From Vicinamibacterales bacterium (GTDB lineage: Bacteria > Acidobacteriota > Vicinamibacteria > Vicinamibacterales > UBA8438): a stretch of 64,000 bases of DNA. Position 1 is the first letter of the stretch. Each line of letters starts with the position of its first letter. The position numbers and the translations under genes were made by a program. The stretch spans positions 2,918,687-2,982,686 of the forward strand of contig OZ244900.1 of the NCBI GenBank assembly GCA_965221595.1. The letters are read 5' to 3'. Below are positions 55,069 to 64,000 of the stretch, one piece after another. The notes beneath the pieces were generated by a model. The model was not told the origin of the DNA, did no database searches, and saw nothing but the letters and a program-made list of their open reading frames with translations.

Positions 55069-57039
55069 GTGCCTGACACCCGGCCCCCACGTGATCTCAG
55101 GCTGGCAGTGAGCGGCGGGCTCGGCGTGCTGTTGTGCGCCTTCACGCTGCTCGAGGTCAACTACCCGCTGCTGGCCCCGCAGAGCCGCCTCGCCTTCTTC
55201 GCACTGGTGGGGCTGGCGCTCTGCTTCCTCAACATCCCGGCCCACCCCCGGCTGAAGGACCATCCGCGCGCGCGCGCCGGCGATCTTGTGCTGGCGTTCC
55301 TGGCGGTCTGCTGCTGCGGCTACATCGTCGTGCAGACCGACCCGATCTTCGAGGCGTGGTGGATCGATGGGCAGGCGCTCGGCAACCGCGCCGGCTTCGA
55401 GACGGCGCTCGACACCCTGATCGGCCTGGCGGGGCTGCTGCTCGTCGTCGAGGCAGCCCGGCGCGCCCTCGGCTTGGCGCTGCCGCTGCTGGCCGGGGCG
55501 TTCATCCTCTACGCACTGTTCGGCGCCGCGTTTCCGGACTGGCTGTTCCCGCACCGCGGCTACAGCATTCCGCGCGTCGTGGCGCAGACGTTCCTCCACA
55601 GCCAGGGCATCTTCGGTGTGGCGCTGAACGTCATGTTCACGTACGTCTTCCTGTTCGTCATCTTCGGGGCGTTCCTGGAAGCCACCGGCGCGACACGCTT
55701 CATCGTCGACTTCGCACAGCGCGTCTTCGGCCGCAGTTCGGGTGGCCCGGCGAAGGTGGCGGTGCTGAGCAGCGGCCTGATGGGGTCGCTCTCGGGCAGC
55801 GCGGTCGCCAACACGGCCACCACCGGGACGTTCACCATCCCGATGATGCGGAGCGCCGGCTTCCAGCCGGTCACGGCGGCCGGCGTGCAGGCCGCCGCCA
55901 GCTCGGGCGGCGCGCTGATGCCGCCGGTGATGGGCGCGGGCGCGTACATGATGCTCGAGATCGTCGACCCGCCGGTGACGTACCTGGAGATCATCCGGGC
56001 GGCGCTGATCCCGGCCATCCTGTACTACCTGTCGTTGCTGCTCATCGTGCACTTCCACGCCCGGCGGATGTCGATTACGGGGACGGGCGCGCCCGCCGAA
56101 CCGGTCGCCGCACCCGCCGCGACGCGCGACACGCGCGCGGCAGGCATCGTCTTCTTCACCGCGCTGGGCAGCCTCATCCTGTTCCTGATCCTGGGCTATA
56201 CGGCGTTCCGCGCCGTCACGCTCTCGCTGGTCGCCATCGTGCTGGTGAGCAGCATCGACCCGGCCACCCGGCTCGATCCGCGTCGCACCCTCACCGGCCT
56301 CGTCAACGCGGCCCGCGGCGTCGTCCCGCTGGTGGCCGCCGCCGCGTGCGTCGGCATCATCATCGGCATCGTCACGCTGACCGGCGTGGGCACCCGCCTG
56401 CCGGCAACAATCATTCCGCTGGCCGAGCAGAGCCTGTTCCTGGCGCTCGTCCTGATCATGGTGTCGTCGATCATCCTGGGGATGGGACTGCCGTCGGCGG
56501 TCTGCTACCTGCTGATGGCGACGCTCATCGGTCCGGTGCTGGGCAACCTCGGCGTGATCCCGTTGGCGGCGCACCTGTTCATCTTCTACTTCGGAATGAT
56601 GTCGATGGTGACACCGCCGGTGGCGCTCGCCGCCTACGCCGCGTCGTCCATCGCGGGCACGCGCATCATGCCCACCGGCATCGCCGCATTCCGCTTCGCC
56701 CTCGTCGGCTTCACGCTGCCCTACATGTTCATCTACCGGCCGGAGCTGCTGATGCTGACGGCCACGGGCGCGCCGGCCGGACTGCTCGACATGCTGCTCC
56801 CGGTGGCCATCGCCACGCTCGGTGTCACCTGTTTCGCCGCCGGCATCGCGGGTCAGTTCCGCCATCCGCTCACGCTCGGACTGCGGCTGGCAGTCTTCGG
56901 GGCGGCCGGCCTGCTTCTGGCCCCCGGTCCGACCCTGACCGCGGCCGGCGTGGGCGTGCCGGTCTTCGACGTGGCAGGCGTTGCGCTGGCCGGCGCCGTG
57001 CTCGCCGCCAACCGCCCGTCCGGCGCGCTGCGGCGGTAG
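55069..57039 (+). CDS. TRAP transporter fused permease (TAXI-associated 4TM/12TM type)
   Basis: 656-aa polytopic ORF with pattern GPAKVAVLSSGLMGSLSGSAVANTATTGTFTIPMM. Confidence 0.85.
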   Translation: MPDTRPPRDLRLAVSGGLGVLLCAFTLLEVNYPLLAPQSRLAFFALVGLALCFLNIPAHPRLKDHPRARAGDLVLAFLAVCCCGYIVVQTDPIFEAWWIDGQALGNRAGFETALDTLIGLAGLLLVVEAARRALGLALPLLAGAFILYALFGAAFPDWLFPHRGYSIPRVVAQTFLHSQGIFGVALNVMFTYVFLFVIFGAFLEATGATRFIVDFAQRVFGRSSGGPAKVAVLSSGLMGSLSGSAVANTATTGTFTIPMMRSAGFQPVTAAGVQAAASSGGALMPPVMGAGAYMMLEIVDPPVTYLEIIRAALIPAILYYLSLLLIVHFHARRMSITGTGAPAEPVAAPAATRDTRAAGIVFFTALGSLILFLILGYTAFRAVTLSLVAIVLVSSIDPATRLDPRRTLTGLVNAARGVVPLVAAAACVGIIIGIVTLTGVGTRLPATIIPLAEQSLFLALVLIMVSSIILGMGLPSAVCYLLMATLIGPVLGNLGVIPLAAHLFIFYFGMMSMVTPPVALAAYAASSIAGTRIMPTGIAAFRFALVGFTLPYMFIYRPELLMLTATGAPAGLLDMLLPVAIATLGVTCFAAGIAGQFRHPLTLGLRLAVFGAAGLLLAPGPTLTAAGVGVPVFDVAGVALAGAVLAANRPSGALRR

Positions 57040-57066
57040 CCCTGCGGGCGCAGGGATGCCCGCGAC

Positions 57067-58914
<1,848 letters not shown>

Positions 58915-58942
58915 GCGCGGCCCAGCCGCGGCTGTATACTGA

Positions 58943-60268
<1,326 letters not shown>

Positions 60269-60290
60269 CCGCGGCTCTCTGACGGCGACC

Positions 60291-60323
60291 GCGGGGGAAC
60301 CGGCGCGGTCCCGGTCCCCCCGC
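60291..60323. terminator. Hairpin between convergent genes (possible terminator)
   Basis: GCGGGGG (60291-60297) pairs with CCCCCGC (60317-60323), with an inner ACCG/CGGT stem. No clear U-tract. Confidence 0.35.
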
Positions 60324-60330
60324 TCGCTTC

Positions 60331-61335
60331 TCAGTGGCGCGTGTAGTGCGTGCGGCGCCGGCTCGCGCGGCGGTACGGCCCGGGTTCGAGCGCTTCCGGC
60401 CCGTCCTCGCGGCCGAAAGCCGCCAGGTGCAGCACCGCGTCGTCGGCCACCAGGGCCGCGCCGGCCACAGTCGGGCTGTCGATGCGCACGTCCCGGCCCA
60501 GGCCCACCGCAGGGTGGTCGCGGCTGCCCGCCGCCGCGACGGCAGCCATCAGTCGCTGCGCCGTGGCCGCCGGTGGCACGGCCCCCTCCTTCGCATCCAA
60601 CTCCAGCGCGTCGAGTGCGTAGCCGCGCAGCAGCTTCGGCAACAGCACGGCGAAGGTGGACTCGTGCGCGAACAGGTCGAGGCCCGCGAAGCGGGCGCCC
60701 ACCAGGAACACGGCGCCGACCTGTCCGGGCCGCTGGCGAAACCCCGTGACGTAGTCCTCGAGGGGCACCCGGTGCCGCTCGTAGATGTCCGCCATCGCGG
60801 CGGTGGCCGAGCGCGCGGACAGCGCCGACATCTTCTTGTCGATCGCGTTCCACACGGCGCCCTGGTCTGCCCGGCGGTCGGCCGGGGCGCGCTGCATGCC
60901 GCGGTTGACGGACTCCAGCTTGTTGCGGCGGCCGCGGGCGAAGTGGGTGCGGTCCGAGCGCTGGAACGCGACGTCGTCGCCGTATCCCCAGCGGCCGCGC
61001 TCGACGCACGACACCGGAATCCGCGTGTCCTGCTTCGGCGGCGCCAGGATGGAGACGTTGAGCGTCCGGTTCTGCCGGGCGCCGACCAGCTCCTCGCCCT
61101 CGACCAGCAGCACCGGCCGGTCGCCCCCGTTCCTGAACAGCAGCTCCGGCACGCTCCCGTCGTGCGATACCTCGGTCACTTCCGCCGTGCCCGCCGCCAG
61201 CGCCTCGTCCAGCGTCAGGTACGTGCACGTGTCGGCGTCCGACCCGCCGCCGAGCAGCGGAAACATCGCCAACTGCTGCTGCACGACCGGTTCGCCGAGC
61301 TTCAGGCCGTTCAGGGTGTCCTGGATGATCTGCAT
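60331..61335 (-). CDS. Conserved hypothetical protein (I recall this pattern being labelled DUF6569 / ARPP-1 family; unverified)
   Basis: Start moved to ATG at 61335 (MQIIQDTL), 6 nt after GGAGGGGG. The pattern is LAMFPLLGG....YLTLDEALAAG.AEVTEV...GSVPELLF.N.GDRPVLLVEGEELVGARQNR..N.S......T.IPVSCVERGRW. Confidence 0.5.
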   Translation of the reverse strand: MQIIQDTLNGLKLGEPVVQQQLAMFPLLGGGSDADTCTYLTLDEALAAGTAEVTEVSHDGSVPELLFRNGGDRPVLLVEGEELVGARQNRTLNVSILAPPKQDTRIPVSCVERGRWGYGDDVAFQRSDRTHFARGRRNKLESVNRGMQRAPADRRADQGAVWNAIDKKMSALSARSATAAMADIYERHRVPLEDYVTGFRQRPGQVGAVFLVGARFAGLDLFAHESTFAVLLPKLLRGYALDALELDAKEGAVPPAATAQRLMAAVAAAGSRDHPAVGLGRDVRIDSPTVAGAALVADDAVLHLAAFGREDGPEALEPGPYRRASRRRTHYTRH

Positions 61336-61556
61336 GGTCGCCCCCTCCTTCTCCACTTGCGGCATGCCGTGGATCCGTCAGGGTAGTTACGGGCCGTGTC
61401 AGAACCTGTCAGTCCGCAGGTAGAATCGCGCCTGCGTTGACGAAAATCGCCGGCGCCGCGTCAGCTACTGCTTCGCTGTTCCGCGGCTGGGCCGCTACAT
61501 CCGCCGGCAGGCACTCGAAACGGAAGGTTGATCCGAGCCCGCAGCGGCCTGGCGGA

Positions 61557-63200
61557 CTACGACCCGCTCCGCACGTCGGCGGCGGGACGGAAGTAGCGGG
61601 CCAGCGTGACGGCGCTCGGCGGGGGCGTCAGCCAGGAGACGACGACCATCAGGAGCGCGGAGACGAGCGTCATCGGCACCACCGGCATGTAGCCCCAGAC
61701 GGCGGTCCCACCCGGCGTGCGCGTGATGACGTCGACGGTGCCGACTGTCCAGAACGGCACGACGGTGCCGGGCGGCGGCGCGGGCACGACGGCCTGGAAT
61801 ACGGCGATGGCCGCCACGGACCCGGCGGTCCACAGCGTGACGGCCAGCGCGCCCCACTTCGTGCTGCGCCGCCAGAACAGCGCCGCCACGAGCAGCGGCA
61901 CCAACGCCGCGAAGCCGGAGAAGGCGTACTGCACGGCCAGGTTGAAGATGCCCGGCGGGGCCTGCAGCGCGATGGCATAGGCCACGGCCGCGATCAGCAC
62001 CACGAACAGCCGCCCGGTCTGCACCTGCGCCCGCTCGCCGAAACGCCGCCTGCCGCCGTAGAACGCGAACACGTCCTCCGTGAACATGGTGGAGAGCGCG
62101 AGGATCTGGGAGTCGCTGGCCATCACGGCGGCCATGATCCCGGCACCCAGCATGCCGGCCAGCCACAGCGGCGCGTAGTGCTCGAGCATCAGGATGATGA
62201 CGTCGTCGCCGGCCGCCGCCTGCCGCAGCTCGGCCAGCTGCGCCGCCGTCAGCGACGCATCGCCCGCGGCCAGCAGCGCCCGCGCGTCGAGCTTCGCGGC
62301 GATGGCCGGGACGTCGTGCATCGCGTTGGCCGCGACGCCGAGGAAGACGCAGGGCAGCCAGATGGCCAGGATGCAGAGCGGGTAGTAGGTCACGGTGCTC
62401 TTGAACTGCTGCATCCGGCGCGCCGTGAGACAGAAGATGATGATGTGCGGGAAGACGATGGTCGACAGCGGGATGAACATGTAGCTCAGGAAGAAGCGCG
62501 GGGAAATGCGCTCGCGGGTGAGCAGCGACGCGGTGCCCTCGCTCCCCAGCAGCGACTCCATCGCCTGCGGGTAGCCCCCGATGCTCGATCCGACCAGGAT
62601 CAGCGCGCCCGCCCCGAAGCAGAGGAACAGCACCGTCTGGAAGGTGTTGACCCATGCGGTGCCGCGCATGCCGCCGAAGAACACGTAGCTCATCACGACG
62701 ACGGCCACGACGCCGCCGCCCAGCCAGTAGGGCACGGCGCCGCCGCTGACCGCGCTGAGCGTGGTGCCGCCGCCCATGACGGCGATGATGATGTAGGGCA
62801 CCAGCAGCGCCGCCTGCACGACGAAGATCGCCGTTCCGATGTGCGCGCACTCCCAGCGGTCGCGGAACATCTGCACCGGGGTGATGAAGCCATGGCGCTT
62901 GCCCAGCGCCCACATGCGCGTGCCGATGAGGAACAACGCAACCGGGATGATCAGGGCCGACGACGACGCCATCAGCCCGAACGTGACGATGCCGTTCGAG
63001 AACGCGTGGCCCGCCGAGCCGAGGATGGTGAAGGCGGTCATGTTCGTCCCGAACAGCGACAGGAGGAACACGGCCGGGCCCAGCGAGCGGCCGGCCAGGA
63101 AGTAGCCCTCGGCGTCGACCTGCTGGTGGCGGCGGAACGCGAAGATGCCGATGTAGAGGATGACGCCGAGGTAGGCGAACACCACCAGCGCGGGGATCAT
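61557..63200 (-). CDS. Sodium:solute symporter (SSF) family transporter
   Basis: Trimmed to the ATG at residue 71 of the track ORF ([24 protein letters not shown]...YFLAGRSLG). The ATG overlaps the stop of the upstream small membrane ORF (ATGA). Confidence 0.85.
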   Translation of the reverse strand: MIPALVVFAYLGVILYIGIFAFRRHQQVDAEGYFLAGRSLGPAVFLLSLFGTNMTAFTILGSAGHAFSNGIVTFGLMASSSALIIPVALFLIGTRMWALGKRHGFITPVQMFRDRWECAHIGTAIFVVQAALLVPYIIIAVMGGGTTLSAVSGGAVPYWLGGGVVAVVVMSYVFFGGMRGTAWVNTFQTVLFLCFGAGALILVGSSIGGYPQAMESLLGSEGTASLLTRERISPRFFLSYMFIPLSTIVFPHIIIFCLTARRMQQFKSTVTYYPLCILAIWLPCVFLGVAANAMHDVPAIAAKLDARALLAAGDASLTAAQLAELRQAAAGDDVIILMLEHYAPLWLAGMLGAGIMAAVMASDSQILALSTMFTEDVFAFYGGRRRFGERAQVQTGRLFVVLIAAVAYAIALQAPPGIFNLAVQYAFSGFAALVPLLVAALFWRRSTKWGALAVTLWTAGSVAAIAVFQAVVPAPPPGTVVPFWTVGTVDVITRTPGGTAVWGYMPVVPMTLVSALLMVVVSWLTPPPSAVTLARYFRPAADVRSGS

Positions 63201-63469
63201 CGTGCGCCCGACTCCCGCGCCCGGTCCGCCGTGCCGCCGCCCGCACCCGGCCCACCGCGCCCCTCGGCCTCGCGTTCCAGTTCCGCCGGCCACGCAAAGC
63301 GGATGAGCAGCACCATGAGGCCGGCCACGGCGACCGAGTACGCCGCATGGTAGAACAGGCCGATCGGCAGGAACCCGAACACCAGCGGCCGGGCGGTGTC
63401 CCAGAACCACACGTCCTGGTGCAGGACGTAGAGCGCCGCGACCGCGAGAGCAAGCATCCAGCGCGTCAT
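63197..63469 (-). CDS. Small membrane protein preceding the SSF symporter (DUF3311-like accessory subunit)
   Basis: 90-aa ORF with two hydrophobic helices ([31 protein letters not shown]), translationally coupled to the symporter. The family name is from memory. Confidence 0.5.
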   Translation of the reverse strand: MTRWMLALAVAALYVLHQDVWFWDTARPLVFGFLPIGLFYHAAYSVAVAGLMVLLIRFAWPAELEREAEGRGGPGAGGGTADRARESGAR

Positions 63470-63512
63470 GAGCTCGGGAACCCCAGGGACCCTACCATAC
63501 TAGAATGACGGC

Positions 63513-63968
63513 ATGAATACTTGGCTGCTGTTCGTCATTCTCACCGTCGTGAGCTGGGGCACGTACATCCCGACGCTGCACAGGGGACAGGCCGCGCTGG
63601 GTGGCAGCGGGGTCCACTCGTTCCTGCTGGTGGGGCTGGCGTACCTGGTGGTGGCCATCGCCGTCCCGGGCGCCATGGTGGCCCGCGCGGGAAGCTGGAA
63701 CGTGTTTGCGTCGACCAGCGGCGTGGCCTTCTCGTTCGGCGCCGGCGTGCTGGGCGCAGTGGGCGCGCTGGGCATCGTGCTGGCGCTCGTCTACGGCGGC
63801 CGCCCGTCGGTAGTGCCGCCGCTTGTCTTCGCCGGCGCCCCCGTCGTCAGCGTTTTCGTGGCCATGCTCTACAACCCGCCGCGCGAGAGCCCGTCGCCGC
63901 TGTTCTACCTGGGTATCGTCATGGCTGCCGCCGGCGTGGGGCTGTTCATGGCCAACCGCCCGCACTGA
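63513..63968 (+). CDS. Small integral membrane protein (about 5 TM, DMT/EamA-half-like), function unknown
   Basis: 151-aa hydrophobic ORF with good third-position GC. I recognise no specific family. Confidence 0.45.
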   Translation: MNTWLLFVILTVVSWGTYIPTLHRGQAALGGSGVHSFLLVGLAYLVVAIAVPGAMVARAGSWNVFASTSGVAFSFGAGVLGAVGALGIVLALVYGGRPSVVPPLVFAGAPVVSVFVAMLYNPPRESPSPLFYLGIVMAAAGVGLFMANRPH

Positions 63969-64000
63969 TGCCGGGCTTCGGGTTTCAATCAGACCCCTCC

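Noticed and set aside
61366-61556. Small RNA or operator array in the spacer upstream of the orphan hypothetical gene (four GTCAG pentamers).
   Set aside because: A pentamer repeated four times in ~90 nt with irregular spacing is weak evidence, and there is no supporting hairpin or terminator. It is noted within the finding but not called as a feature.

Overview
This is a very GC-rich (roughly 70%) bacterial chromosomal segment carrying about 50 protein genes. I saw no rRNA, tRNA, CRISPR array, integrase or transposase. Most long alternate-frame and antisense ORFs in the track are GC artefacts. I trimmed several ORFs to internal starts that give proper N-termini, signal peptides or RBSs.

Gene content, left to right:
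- Envelope peptidases (one M48-LysM, two M28), an AbgT transporter, aat, apaG, a lone pxpA, and a GNAT gene next to acs.
- Three PQQ-like beta-propeller proteins.
- Lhr and RecQ helicases, a DUF349 protein, and two tandem cyclophilins.
- A large ACP / fatty-acyl-AMP-ligase / lysophospholipid-acyltransferase fusion.
- metC-like, MATE and Nudix genes.
- Type IIA topoisomerase genes (parC-like and parE-like) separated by a 7.6-kb insert. The insert holds a DUF5131 (phage Gp37/Gp68 family) islet and a B12 uptake and salvage block with a clear AdoCbl riboswitch.
- An AGCS symporter and an iron-type alcohol dehydrogenase.
- A tightly packed array: HemN-like radical SAM, an 82-aa ORF, a UbiC-like protein, a flavin-halogenase-like protein, a 4HBT thioesterase, a PaaK-like ligase and a TAXI-TRAP transporter.
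- Enolase, an orphan conserved hypothetical, and an SSF symporter.

Most worth a second look:
1. A ~160-nt intergenic element that I cannot assign to a known family. It has paired ends, two ~84% identical copies (23065-23224 and 48673-48831), and two shorter copies of its 5' module.
2. The radical-SAM / halogenase-like / PaaK-like array that the second copy heads, including a gap-filling 82-aa ORF.
3. The lower-GC DUF5131 islet, which has an over-long reading frame in conflict with a better-coding small ORF.
4. The three-domain ACP-FAAL-acyltransferase fusion.

All functional calls rest on motif and family recognition by eye; no searches were run.
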